The notes beneath the pieces were generated by a model. It saw only the letters and a list, made by a program, of their open reading frames with translations, was not told the DNA's origin and ran no database searches. Shown here one piece after another: positions 39,578 to 53,538 of a stretch of DNA of 64,000 bases. This DNA comes from the human T2T-CHM13v2.0 reference genome, Homo sapiens. Every line of letters begins with the position of its first letter. Positions within the stretch are counted from its first letter, which is position 1. A program made the translations under genes and the position numbers. The DNA is taken from assembly GCF_009914755.1 (NCBI RefSeq), contig NC_060929.1; one strand, 5' to 3'.

Positions 39578-40775
39578 GTTGACATATTTGTAAAATCTTC
39601 ACAGATGGCTCAATATGGGGGGAAAGTTGGGATTATAGTTCTGGCTTCCAGCAGTAATGAACTGTCCCTTACCTATTCCATCACTGGGCCAGAATCTGTT
39701 GTATTTGCACTCAGTTAATGCTGTGAAGCTGCTATGTAAGCCTCAGTGGATGCGCTGGTGAGTACTGAGATCGATTTAGGAGTCCACAGAGATCAGTTTC
39801 ATTTTCTTGGATGGTTTCACTAACACTCATGCAATTCCAAAAACATGATGAAATTGTTTTTCAGTCCTTTATTGGTCTATCCTTGCCTGTCCAGACTGGT
39901 TTTCTTCTTCAATTCCACAGGGAAACAAAAATCAGAAGACATCTTTTCAGGTTAAATATTTGTTAAAGTTTTACCTCCCCTTCTCACAGACAGAGGGAAA
40001 ACTATATTTATCAAACATGAAAAGAAATGCCTTTCTGAAGCACTATACTGTTCTCACTCTCCTTTCTCTTCCCTGACCCCAAACATTCACAGAAGCTATT
40101 ATTTTAATAAGGTTGCTTTATAAAAATGACACATAAATTAATCAAGCAAAAACTGTGTTTCCTGGAAGCTAAAAAAACTAGTAATAATTATACTATTACA
40201 TTCTCATCTTATGATTGCACAGGACTGCACAGTTTATAAATAACTCTTCATATGCTATTTTATTTAATCTTCATGAAAAATCTTTGGGATAGCTAAAATA
40301 GGTTTAATCCCTCCATTGTACATATAAATAGAGACATACAGATGTTTGGTATCTTGGATAAAGTCATATAAGTTCCACCTTAAATATGGTTTAGAATAAA
40401 TTAGTGGAGAGATGGGGGAGGGGAAGGGAAAGAGAGAGAGAGAAAGAGAGAGAAGAATATAGAAGACTGAGATTAATAACAAGTATCATCACACAGCAGG
40501 CCTCTGACAGAACCCATATCAGAAAATAGGATTTTCAGGTGGCACAGCTGACTCTCCAAGTTAATACAAACAAGAAGGAGAAAACTGTGAAGACTTTTCA
40601 GGTGTGATGAGTCACAGTACTGTGGAAAATTTTGAGCCTTAAAACCTGCATTTCACCCTGGAATTTCTCCTCCATTTGCTGGGAAACCAGTCCTTCTTGA
40701 CTACAGTCAAAAGCATAGCCAAGGACAAACAAATTAGTTAGAAACATGTTCTCCAAGTCAGTCTATGAATTATCC

Positions 40776-40966
40776 CAGTGATTCTCAAACTTGAGAAAGT
40801 ATTGAAATTATCTGAAGATTCCTTAAACCACAGAATCCTGACCCCCTTCCCCAAAAACTGTTGGATTCAACAGCTCTTCAGTGGGGCCCATTAATTTGCA
40901 TTCTTTAACAAATTTCCAGATGGTGCTGGCGTTGCTTCTCTGGAGATCTGACTTTGAGACCCCCTA
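40776..40966. mobile_element. MER5A (hAT-Charlie)
   Basis: cagtgattctcaaactt...tggggccc..aatttgcattctttaacaaatttccagatggtgctg...actttgaga. Confidence 0.78.
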
Positions 40967-41294
40967 GATTGTTCTGTTTGTTTCTATGCTTCTTGAGTCC
41001 TCCTCTGGCCTTGGCTTTCCCAACTTGATATTCAGCTTGTGTGCACTGACAGTGGCCAGCCTCAACGCTGGCCCTATCGAGGGTAGTTTTTCATTTTATT
41101 ATCTAAACTGGGACACTTTTGAAAGTGAAGGCAATACTAGTAATAACTACTACACGGGGATTGTCTTAATAAACAAGAATATATATCCAAGCCCTGAAAG
41201 CACTAATTTGATTCGACTCAATCCTCTACATACATTTTATTCCAAATGATTATTTACATAACTAATAATTGAGTTAGGTTTATAGAAATATAAA

Positions 41295-41337
41295 TATAGA
41301 TATATACACACATATGCTTATATATACACACATATAT

Positions 41338-41371
<34 letters not shown>
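41295..41371. repeat. (TA)/(CA)n microsatellite
   Basis: Directly visible. Confidence 0.92.
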
Positions 41372-41374
<3 letters not shown>

Positions 41375-41399
41375 TTTTTTTCATCCCAGTTCCTGGAAC

Positions 41400-41814
41400 A
41401 TAATGGTAGATTCTCCGAGGAACATCTTCGAGAAGAAACGATGGATATATTCCCTCTGCTGCTGGCTGAAGAGCGCTAACAATTATTTTGTCTCCTTAGG
41501 AGATTGCCTCCTAAGAGGAGGCCAACTTCCTCTCCCAAAGTCATGCCTTCTTCCAAGTACAACCTGCATCAGTGACTGATCACAGGATACATAGGCTCAT
41601 TCCCTTGCTCTAACTTGTGAAGACTCCAAAGGGCCATCCCAGCTCTAGAGAGGCTTCTTGGGGTCGGCTGAGGCATCTACTGAGACTGCATCACAGCTCA
41701 ACTTCTTCCTCTGATCAAAACTCCTTTCTTTTCATAAGTATTGATCCTAGTTGATGTCTTGCATACTAATCTTTTTCTCAGAGTTGTTGCTTCCTGGGAA
41801 CTCAACTTGTGACA
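41400..41814 (+). mobile_element. LTR16C-like ERVL solo LTR
   Basis: cccaaagtcatgcc...gggccatcccagctctagag...ggggtcggctgaggc...gactgcatcacagctcaacttct...ttcctgggaactcaacttgtgaca. Confidence 0.7.
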
Positions 41815-42165
41815 CACACAATAAATATTCAATAAGATGAGTTGCTGTTAGTGACTACATTTTCTTCAGGTAAAGTTTCATCCAGTGGCTCCCTTAGACA
41901 TTGTTATAATCATACTACTGTTTGATCTATAGCTACTAAAATTACTATTGTAAATCCGGTAACTAAACAGCTTTCATAGAATGTACATAGTAACCTTCTA
42001 CTTGGTAAATAGTGATACATGCTTCATCTTGAAGCATAATTAAGGCCTGCTCTCATTAGGAGGCTTTGTCCACGTGATGCCAATCGCTGGAATGATATGG
42101 TGCGTATGCAACTGTGAGTTCTCATACTCACTATGAGTCTTACAGATGAGTCTTACAGATGAGTG

Positions 42166-43221
42166 CACTTGATCCCTGGACAACTCCAGGGTTAAGGGTG
42201 ACAACCCCCCTCCTTCCACACAGTAAAAAATCCACATGTAACTTTAGATCCCCCCAAAACTTAACTACTAACAGCCTACTATTGACTAGAAGCCTTACCA
42301 ATAGCATAAACTGATTAACATACTTTGTATGTTATAGTATTATGTAGTTTATTTTACAATATAGTAAACTAGAGAAAATAATTTGTTATTAAGAAACCCA
42401 TAAAGAAGAGAAAATACATTTATAGTACTGTACTGTGTTTATTGATACTATAACTTTAAGTCATCTGTTTATAAGATAAATCATCTGTCTGAGATGGTGG
42501 GCAACCACAGCTGCAGACCTCAATCTGTGGTGCATAGCAAGCAATTCAGCTTGTTCGTGTAATGTCATGACTTTTCTCTGCTTCTTGGGAGCACTTCCAT
42601 CATCACTAGTGGCATTTTGTATGAGTCCCACGGTGTTATTCAAGGTTTATGATAGTGTACTAAACACAATAAAAAAATTGCGAGAACCATGAGAGATCAC
42701 CTTTTACTGAAATGCTCAATTTACTAGAGAGAAGGGTTGCTCACACAGAGATGATTAGCATCACATGGCATTTTAAGTGTATACTCACAACTCTGAGCTC
42801 AATGCAATAGCAACAAAAGGAGAAATTGTTCTAGTAGTACAGTATGTACTACAGTTAATTTTATACAGTGATGATTTAATATTGCACTTTTAAGTTTGTT
42901 TACATTTTTTCTTGATGGAGAATGGTGCCATGAATGGTTTGTGTGTGTATAAGTTTGATAAATTTTAACTTTATATAATAGATTTGTGTATATTTAATGA
43001 TAGTAAATGACAAAATAGACTAGTGTCTTATAAATATATCTTATATATTCATGACATCTCTAACTTTTTCTGATTTTTTTCAATATTTCTAGGCTACACA
43101 GTTTGTCTGCAAGTTTATTTAAATTGTCACAATCTCCAAAAATTTTTCTAGGTTTATTGAAAAAAATCCATATATAAGTGGACCAGCATGGCTTAAACTC
43201 ATGTTGTTCAAGGGTCAACTG
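42166..43221 (-). mobile_element. Tigger2b-type (TcMar-Tigger) internally deleted DNA transposon
   Basis: TIRs cacttgatccctggacaac / gttgttcaagggtcaactg; 1056 bp; ORF 42643-42461 (SAPKKQRKVMTLHEQAELL...RLRSAAVVAHH) resembles the Tigger2 transposase N-terminal HTH. Confidence 0.88.
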
Positions 43222-43961
43222 TGGTATGATTTTTCCCCATTCTACAGTTTGGACTATTATATATATTCACTGTGAATTGCAGTGTGTGTATGTGTGCATG
43301 CATACATGTATACATGATGATGTCAGATGTTGAGCAACTCTCAGTGTAGTGAAGCCATACACGCAAGCTTTCATATTTAGCTTCATTTCTTTGCATGTGA
43401 GCTAATGAGATGGGTTGGAAGTTATTCAAATTTCCTTGAGAACTGCCTGTAAAAATATGTGATATTCTTTCTAAGAGGAAGACATGTTAGATTTACTGTT
43501 GGTTAATATAAACCCCAATCTGTGAGGTGGAGACATTTATACTGCTTGGCAGTGTTAAGATCAAGCTTACAAAGAGGCTATAAATTTCTTAATCATTGGC
43601 AGAAGCTAAGCTTCCTTTTTTATGTAATTTCTAGGCTTCCACTTTTTTTTAACCTCATTGACAGTTTCAAATGGCTTGGGACTCTAAATAAAGGTCTGGC
43701 CCCATAACTGTCTCATCCTTTTACATGCTTCCTGACAGATTTTTTAAAGAGGTGAACAATTTATTATCTCTATCTGGGTTTAAGAAAACCAATTCTCAAA
43801 TCTGGACCTTTTTGTATGAATGCATTCTAAGAGCTGTAGGTATGGCCCTGAGTACTTTTCAATAACATAATTAAAACTCACCTGGGAGAGTTTACAGGGA
43901 GAGTAATGAATGGAATTGGAGAACAAGAACTCAAGAGAAAAAGCAGATAGCACTTTTAGGT

Positions 43962-44152
43962 CAAGGTTTGTTAACACTGGCCCTGATATTTGGGACTGGA
44001 TAATTCTTTGCTGTGAGGGGCCATCCTGTGCATTTTACACATCTTTAATAAGACTCCCCAACCCTCTGAATCGTGACAGCCAAAGATTTTTCAGATATTC
44101 CAGAAAGTTCCCCATGGAAAGGGGCAACATTGCTCCAAGTTGGCAACCACTG
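43962..44152 (+). mobile_element. MER20
   Basis: caaggtttgttaacactgg...tttgggactggataattctttgctgtgagggg...gttggcaaccactg; degenerate 8-bp TSD ttttaggt / atttacat. Confidence 0.78.
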
Positions 44153-44267
44153 ATTTACATGTTAAGTAGCAAATGATGCAAAGACCCCACCAATAATCTA
44201 AATGATCTTCTCTTTACTCCAAGTAGCACCACTGAGGGCAGAAATCTGGTGACCTGGCCTCCATTAC

Positions 44268-44545
44268 ATCATTTAACATCTATTTATTGAATAAATACTG
44301 ACTGTATTTTCCAGCATTTTGCTAGGTCTACAAAACTTGGTTCCTATCTTCAAAGAGCCTACACTCAACTGAGGAAGACAGACAATTATATATCTGAATA
44401 CAAATAATGGAAGTCTTATGAAGGAAAATGAAAGCTGGTATGAGATGGTAACAGACAGGGTCTGCCCTAGAGTTGTAGTCATAGAAGGACTCCTTGAGCT
44501 GCAAATGTTGTAGACAGTATCTGAAGATCTAATAAGGGCTGACCA
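44268..44545 (-). mobile_element. L2 3' fragment
   Basis: catttaacatctatttattgaataaatact...ggttcctatcttcaaagagcctacactc. Confidence 0.6.
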
Positions 44546-45074
44546 GAGATCTAGCTCTGCTTTCCTGGCTGAGTCTACTACTTGTTTTAAATTGCACTGT
44601 TCACAAGGCATTTGGACCCTTTATTCTTCAGTTCTTTCTTTCTTAGTTATTTCTGAGGGTCTTATGCTTGCTAGTGTGAGAGAGAAGAGATGGGTCTGGG
44701 AGGCTGCAGGGCTCCCTAATCAAAAAATTTACCCCCATGACTATGGTGCAGTGGCAATTCTTCTCACAGTTGCCCTGGCTAGTCAAGACTATCTTCGGGT
44801 TTTTGTTTGTTTATTTTGCTTTGTTTGTTATTTTTATTTTTCAACACATGCCATCACCCCCTCCCCCGGCTTTTTTAGAATAATAAAAAATATATATTAT
44901 TGAATACATAAATACTATTTCTAAAAGCAAATCAAAGCAATTATTTTATTGAATCTGCCTTTTCAAATCATATTCTTCTTTCCCTTCTGAATAAAATTTG
45001 GAGAGAAGGAGTTGCATTCTGCTCCAGAGTTTCCAGGCTGGGGATCATGAACTCGATGGCCTTCTCATTCTGCT

Positions 45075-45430
45075 TGTATTACTCTGTTCTCACTCTGCTA
45101 ATAAATTCATACCTGAGACTGGGTAATTTATAAAAGAAAGAGGTTTAATTGACTCACAGTTCCACATGGTTAGGGAGGCATAACAATCACGGCTGAAGGA
45201 GAATGAGGAGCATCTTACATGGTGGCAGGCAAGAGAGCGTGGGTAGGGGAACTGCCCTTTTTAAAATCATCAGCTCTCATGCAACTTATTCACTATCATG
45301 AGAACAGCACAGGAAAGACCCACCCCCATAATTCAATTACTTCCCACCACGTCTCTCCCATGACACATGAGAATTATGGGAACTACAATTCAAGATGAGA
45401 TTTGAGTGGGGACACAGCAAAACCATATCA
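45075..45430 (-). mobile_element. THE1B-type MaLR solo LTR
   Basis: tgtattactctgttctcac...gagactgggtaatttataaaagaaagaggtttaattgactcacagttccacatgg...gagatttgagtggggacacagcaaaaccatatca; 356 bp. Confidence 0.92.
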
Positions 45431-45699
45431 TTGTTACTACACATTTTGTTGTGTAACAGAAACCTGGTATGGGACGGGGAGGGAACCACCCTTCTCCAGA
45501 CAGGGCAAAAACATTTCCTTTACTATTTTGTAAATAGTTCTAAAATTTACCACTTAGTTAATCACATTAGTTTAGCCTTAAAGGCCCTAATGAGATGCAA
45601 AGTTGACAGATGGGATAACATATTAAACCTGTTCATGTCCATTACCATGAAAACTGGCATGAATTAAGTGGACTCATTAGGCAGAAAGAGCAGGACCCT

Positions 45700-46765
45700 A
45701 AAAATGCAAACTGAAACCACAGTGAGATATCATCACATACAAGTTAGGGTGGCTATTACCAAAAAGTCAAAAGAAAACCAATGTTGTTAGGGATGTGGAG
45801 GAAAGGGAACCCTTGTGCATTGTAGGTTGGAATGTAAATTAGTATAGTCATTATGAACAATTCCTCACAAAATTAAAAATGAACTACTAGCAATCCCACT
45901 CCTGAGTATATATCCAAAAGAAATGAAATCAGTGTGTGGAAGAGATACCTGCACTCCCATGTTCATTATAGCATTTTTCACAGTAGCCAAGGTATGAAAA
46001 CAACCTAAATGTTCATGGACAGATACATAGATAATATTCATTAGACACATGTATATATTTTGTGTGTGTATATGTAAATATATATATTCATGTAAATGTC
46101 GATGTGTACATGTATATACATGCATATGTATATACATGTACATGTATATACATGCATATGTATATACATGTACATGTATATACATGCATATGTACACACA
46201 CACAGACACACACACACCCTTACCCACACAATGAAATATTATTCAACCTCAAGAAAGAAAGAAATCCTGTTACTTTCACCAAAATGGACGAAACTTGAGT
46301 TCCTTATATTAAATGAAATAAGCCAGGCACAGAAAATTAAATACTGCATTATATCATTTGTATGTGGTAAGTCAAATTCATAGAAGCAAGAGTAAAATAG
46401 TGGCTGCCAGGGTAGGGTGGGGGATTGCGGAGATCCAACAATGGTGATCAAAGAAAAGAAACTATCAGTTATACAGGATGAGTAAGTTTTAGAGATCTAA
46501 CGTACAGCATGGTGACCATAGCTGGTAAAATGTATTGTATACTTGAAATTTGCTAAGAGAGTAGATCTTAAGTGTTCTCACCACACACACACACACACAC
46601 ACACAGGCACACACAAATGGCATCTATACAAAGTGATGGTTATGTTAATTAGCTTGATTGTGGCAATCATTTCACAATGTATACATATATCAAGACATCA
46701 CCTTGTATACTTTAAATACATGCAATTTTTATTGTCTTCAGTTATATCTCAATAAAGCTGAACAA
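45700..46765 (+). mobile_element. L1MA-type (L1MA7-9-like) 3' fragment
   Basis: aatgcaaactgaaaccacagtgagatatc...gcactcccatgttcatt...acttgaaatttgctaagagagtagatcttaagtgttctcacc...tatatctcaataaagctg. Confidence 0.85.
46102..46217. repeat. Alternating purine-pyrimidine minisatellite (32-bp unit x ~2.7) plus (CA)n
   Basis: Unit tacatgtatatacatgcatatgtatatacatg at 46107, 46139 and (partial) 46171. Confidence 0.9.
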
Positions 46766-47807
46766 AAAGATTATGAAAAATGGGGGGATGGGAAACAGGA
46801 CCCTAAGGTCATAGAACAGAGGAGACAGCTTCTCTTCAGTAGGGGTGATAGGAGTGTCAGGGAAAGACACTGACCTACAGGGAAACCTGAGACAAGGATG
46901 CTTCCAAATTTCTCAGCAGGGAGGGATACAGGAGAGGAGCCACAGAAATGGAGGAGGAATGCATAGAGAAGAAAAAATGATTTCTCCCCCAGGACAAACT
47001 TCACCTCACTTCCAATCAAGCTGTTTTCAGAAAACACATGGGATGCAAAATCCAAGCCCTTTTGTCTTTCTCCTTCTTCAAATAAAAAGCAAAATAGGCA
47101 TTAACACGCAAAGGGGTCACAAAACCTCAAGTTTTTGCCCATCTTAGAGGCCCTGCCTCTAAGGGAGGATGAGAGAAGCATAATAATTTGACACTCAGTA
47201 TTGTTGGTTAAAGAGAATGTTCTACCCACAGACAGCCTGAGATATGGCCAGAGTCCTCTTTAAAATTAAAGTCTAAGAGACTGAAAACTTCCTGAAGCAG
47301 TTTCCAAACAAAATAAATAGGCAGGTGTTTATGCCACCCTGATTTTGTTTAGGATTTGCTAGGTGACTACTAAACATTTTATTTAAAAAAATTACTTTTG
47401 CCATGTAAGAAAACTTAATGATTTTTCTAAAACTGAAAAGTTCACTGCAGTCTCATTGAACTATTCCTTAAAGAACAGTCCAGGACAGCAAGCTAAGCTG
47501 CCAAGTGATGACAGTCGTGATAGCCCACAGCTCTGAGCAGGGAGGTAAGGGGAGCGGTGTCAAGTTAAATCTGTCAGAAGAAGTTGAGAAACCTGATAAA
47601 GGTATAAAATAGTCAGGATGCAGGAGAAGGGAACCCAACTTCTCCATTAAAAAAATAGCTTCCCTTTAAGAAACCGAAAGAGATATGAGGAACAGCAGCC
47701 ACCTTGGGGCACCACTTCTAGGTTGATCTACCTGAAATCTGTTTAAGCAAAAACATAATGAGCACTTACACTTGTGTGCTAGAATTAAAAAGGCATCACC
47801 TGAAAAT

Positions 47808-48005
47808 AATGTTATTGAGCATTTTTTATATTGCAAGGCACTGAAATAAGCACTTTATGTTAACTAACATTAATCTCCAAAACAAATCTATCAGGTTGGT
47901 ATCATTATTCATATTTGTAGGAAACTGAGGTGCATAGAGTAACATATGAGCAGATGCATGTGAGGATGCAGGTTGGCCTAAATCCAGACAAGTGCACTTT
48001 GAACA
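47808..48005 (-). mobile_element. MIR SINE
   Basis: ttattgagcatttt...aggcactgaaataagcacttta...ggaaactgaggtgcatagag. Confidence 0.7.
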
Positions 48006-48043
48006 ATGACACTTAGGTTAAATCAATAAAGGAGCAAAGACAC

Positions 48044-49012
<969 letters not shown>

Positions 49013-50089
49013 TGTGCATTCTGCCCATCCCCATAGCCTGGTACAAATAATGTTCTGGAGAGCAGAAAAGGGGAGAAGGATGACAAGAAAACCGGAAAGA
49101 GAGGCTCAATAGAAAGGAAGATCTATGTTGCTGACATCCTTGGTTTTAGTAGCTCAGTTTTTGCAGGATTTCTTCTCTTGAGGGTCCTGTGTTGTAAGTA
49201 ACTGACAGGCTTATTTCCTGAAGCAGAAACCCTGCATTCCTTGGTCCCCTCTTGTGTTTTCCAGATCTTTCAGAAATGAGGACTTGACTTGTCCCGTCTC
49301 TAATTCCTTGGCAAATCCAGGAGTGCTGTTTCTCAACACAGTCATTATTGTGTTGATACTGTTTTCAGTCTTTCCCATATCTCATTACCCTTATTCAGAA
49401 ATGATCTGATCACCTAATGCTGCATTTTAGAAACTCATCTACACAAATGAACAAAATGCATTACTTAAACTGATTTATCTACTGAGGTTAAAGAAACCCA
49501 GGGGTAGGTGTGGCATTTAAGCAATCCTGGAATAAAGATGACACCCCCAAATGATGGCTCAGGACCTTACCTCTCTCTCGAACTCAGCTCTCTTTTACTG
49601 TGCTAACCCACACTCAGAGAGTCCCTGTGGTCACCCAATGGCAAACAGAGACAACAAAGGCAAAATCTTTCCAACTTCAGCTCAAGAACAAAGATGTGGA
49701 CCCCTTTTCTGGTATTCTTAACAAAGACCTTAGAACTTACCTGCCGTTATTTAAACTGTACTGATTGAAATCTGCATGTGTTCATCCTGATTCACATAAA
49801 CTGAGACTGTTTGCATGAGGGAGGAGCATCTCCCAGTGACAACTGAGGGGTTTTTTAGAAGCCGGACTCCTCTGTGTAGGCAAACACAAATGAATGCTAC
49901 ATAGGTGAAGTGAGGTTCATCTGCCCTGCAAGCTGGCCTCAGAGGAGTTACTCTTTTCCAGAGGATCTGTCTGTAAGTCCTGAGCAGCCCCTAACGGTCA
50001 GTAGTGGCCAGATGAGGGCAGTAGAGAGAGAAGACTCAGTGACAGCCTCAGACCACAGGAAGCTATGATGGAGTGCTCATTGCTCTGGG

Positions 50090-50500
50090 TACATGTCAGA
50101 AAATGCGAGGCTGATTTGAAGCTTCCTGCCTGTACCCACTAGGGCATTATGACTGTCACGCACAACTGGCTTTCTGCTCCCTGAGGATTCTCTCTGGCTG
50201 CCAGAGCCTGCTCTCCCCAAACCTCTGGCAGGTTTGAAGGGCCAGAGAGTTAACACTCCTTGGGAGCAGCTCCCTGCCCCACACCCCTCGCCAGTGTACC
50301 CTCCTATGGGTTGACTCTGAGGCACATGTGCCACACTGACTTACAGCTTCATCCTAGTGGGGATGAAAATCCAGTGAATTGGAGAAACAATGCACTTTCC
50401 TTCTCTGTCTCACTCCCCTGCTCCTCTGCCAGTGCCTCTGGGATCACCTCCCAAATAAACCACTTTCCTTGAACCTTGTCTCCCTGTCTGCAAATGCCCA
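50090..50500 (+). mobile_element. LTR16A-like ERVL solo LTR
   Basis: ggattctctctggctgccagagcc...gggccagagagttaacactcc...ctctgggatcacctcccaaataaaccact...gaaccttgtctc. Confidence 0.7.
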
Positions 50501-51439
50501 TATGGACCATGATGGCATAGGATCCAGGATTTTAAATATTTTTGCAAGAATGCATATTTTCTGTTGCTGTGTTCTCTCTACTATAGAATAAAAATCAAGG
50601 AGGGGATGGATAATCTCCATGCTGGGAAATCCACTGTTAACATATTTTCTAGAAATAAATGAAAAGAATATATATTTATGAAGAAAAATGTAAATAGCAT
50701 GATAGTATAAAATATAAAAACTAAATTTGTATTTTCTCACCTTCTTCCAATAGTAAATTCTGATTAATTCTCTTGTAATTCCTCCCACAAAAAAGAGAAT
50801 ATACAGATAAAGCAAAAGATAAAAGAGGAGAGAGTGTCAGAGAGAGGTACAGAAGGAGAGAGCATTTGCAAAGCTTTCGGTATAGAGCTGGTTACTAAAT
50901 AAATCAGTGTCCTTAACACTTTCTTCAAACAATAATTATATGTTTGAATATACTTCAAGTAACAGAACCTGCACTGTAAATAAACATATATACAGGCATG
51001 TTTAAATGATGATGTCGGTCTGGCTGCTGGATATGCCATAGACTAACTCAGTTAACTCACCAATAAAAATTCAAATGAAGTCCTCTTTGCTAATGAATAA
51101 AAATGAGCAGCACTAAAATTTAATTACATCCCTACAAGAATATTTTGTGTCTGAAGTAGCCAATATTTTTACAAAGTGAGCTAATTAAAATATTAAATAA
51201 AATATTAAAATAAGTAGACAGTTTTGAATATTTCTGATTAAGTTACATTTGTTCTTTGTACATTTTTCTAATACAAATGGTGGAAATTATAGAATATAAA
51301 ACTCCAATTAATCTTTCCTTCCTTGAATGGAAACATGATTCAGAAGTTAACAGCATTGATAGAATCTAAGCATTTTCCTAATGAAAAACAAATCTTAACA
51401 AAACATCAGTACAGTATGTTCAGTATGAAAGAGAATATA

Positions 51440-51742
51440 GGCTGGGCACTGTGACTCATGTCTGTATTCCCAGCACTTTGGGAGGCTGAGTAGAGAGGAT
51501 TGCTTAAGGTCAAAAGTTCAAAACTAGAGTAAGCAACATGGTGAGACCCTATCTCTACAAAAAAATTTAAAATTACCCTGGGGTGGTGGTGCACGCCTGT
51601 TGTCCTAGCTACTTGGGAGGCTGAGGCAGAAGGATTGCTCAAGCCCAGGACTTCAAGTCTACAGTGAGCTATGATCGCTCTGCTGCATTCCAGCCTGAGC
51701 GGCAAGGGAGACCCTGTCTCCAAAATAAATAAATAAATAAAA
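51440..51742 (+). mobile_element. AluJ
   Basis: Dimeric, J diagnostics, (TAAA)n tail; TSD aaagagaatatag / aaatagaatatag. Confidence 0.9.
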
Positions 51743-51837
51743 TAGAATATAGTTTTGCTTTGGTTATCCTTTTATTTACCAAAAAAAACAAAGAAAACTG
51801 AAGTTTTGTTCCATGTGAACTTGAAAACTGTTCTAGA

Positions 51838-52152
51838 CTAAAGATGGTGGCTCATGCCTTTAACCCCAGCCCTTCGGGAGGCCAAGTCGGTAGAATCGTT
51901 TGAGGCCAGGAGTTTGAGACCATCCTAATAAACATGGGGAGATCCTGCCAATATAAAAAATTAATTAATTAATTAATTAAATTAGCTGGGTGAGGTGACA
52001 CTCACCTGTAGTCTTAGCTATTTGAAAGGCTGAGAAGGGTGTTTGAGCCCTTGAGTTCAAGGCTATGGTTAGCTATTATGGCACCAGTGCACTCCAGCCT
52101 GAGCAACAGAGCAAAACCCTGCAGCTAAAAAGTAAAAGCAAAGCAAAGCAAA
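51838..52152 (+). mobile_element. AluJ with (ATTA)n linker and (AAAGC)n tail
   Basis: ggtggctcatgcc...ttgaggccaggagtttgagacc...gcactccagcctgagcaacagagc. Confidence 0.85.
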
Positions 52153-52220
52153 GAGAATTGTTTTGAACGGTCTGATTTTCTGATTTGTCATTAATTAAAC
52201 AATTTAAGAAGTAGCACCTT

Positions 52221-52520
52221 AGCCAGGCATGGTATCTCACACCTGTAATCCCAGCACTTTGGGAGGCTGAGGTGGATGGATCACTTGAGGTCAGGAGTTT
52301 GAAACCAGCCTGGCCAATATGGTGAAACCCCATCTCTAGCAAAAATACAAAATTAGCAGAGCATGGAGGCACATGACTGTAATCTCAGCTACTAGGGAGG
52401 CTGAGACAGAAGAATCGCTTCAACCCGGGAGGCGGAGGTTGCAGCCAGCCAAGACTGCATCACTGCACTCCAACCAGGGCAACAGAGTGAGACTTTGTCT
52501 CAAATTTAAGAAAAAAAAAA
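52221..52520 (+). mobile_element. AluS (Sz/Sx-like)
   Basis: Full Alu; TSD aagaagtagcacct / aagaagcagcacct. Confidence 0.9.
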
Positions 52521-52849
52521 GAAGCAGCACCTCAAAAAAAAAAAAAAACTTTTAAGGGGAGCGATAAATACACTTATGCTTACGAGCATGTGCACATATG
52601 TGCACACACCCATAAACCCAATAAATATGACTGAAGATGGTAAAGAAATTAGGTTAGGAAAAAGTATTTTCTATCTAATACTACAGACAAATGGCTTATA
52701 TTATTAATATACAAATGGCTGTTCTAAGACAAAAAATATTAAAATTCAGGTAGAATAAATATGAGTAACAACCAAACATAGTTAAAAGGAAAGTAATTTT
52801 AAAATTTTTGAAAAAATGTTCAATCTGACTTAAAATATTTTTTAAAATA

Positions 52850-53450
52850 CCATTTAAAGCCACATACTGCCATTTCAACTGCCTGATTGGTAAAGATAAA
52901 AAAGTCGTTCAGTAAATCTACAGCTTCCTCGGGGTATTGGGGAAGCAGGAACACTCACCTTTGATTGGTGTGGAGGATACATGATTTCAATGTCCTTAAG
53001 ATAAATTTTTCAGTAATTTTAAAAACTAGAATGTTTATAAAGTTTCTAAAGATTTACTCAAAATATATACTCACTGATATGAATTGAAGAATGTCATCAA
53101 AGCATGTTAGTGATAGCAAAACACTGAAAAGAAGAAAAATACACATCAATCATTCCTGGTTAAGTAAGTTATGCAGAGTAATACAACGGAAAACTATGAT
53201 ATATAAAGAACTAGGTAATTTTATTTTGTTGATCCAGAACTTTGAATATCTTTTTTTTTAAAAGTAAGAAGAAGAACAATTTGTAGTCTGTTAACATTTG
53301 TGTTAAATGTTAAGTGCTCCATGTCCCTCTGTTATTCTACATGCATAGACAACTTCAAATTGTATTCAAACATCAGGACAGTTGGTGGTCTTTGAGTAGA
53401 GGGACTGGGTGGCCAGGGGTCAGAGATGGGAGAAATGGGTGTGTTTTTTC
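52850..53450 (+). mobile_element. Ancient L1ME-like 3' fragment
   Basis: tactgccatttcaactgcctgattggtaaagataaaaaag...ggggaagcaggaacactc...gggactgggtggccagggg. Confidence 0.5.
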
Positions 53451-53538
53451 CTGCATTTATCAGTCACTTCAATAATAGCTTTGGGAAAATACTTGGACAG
53501 ACTTTCCCATTCTGATGTTATTAAGGAAAAAGAAGCCT

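Noticed and set aside
42461-42643. Domesticated Tigger-derived (TIGD-like) gene
   Set aside because: Only ~60 aa of the N-terminus inside an internally deleted non-autonomous element; no DDE domain and a TTG start.
44225-44245. CTCF-like caccactgagggcag
   Set aside because: One base short in the core relative to consensus spacing.
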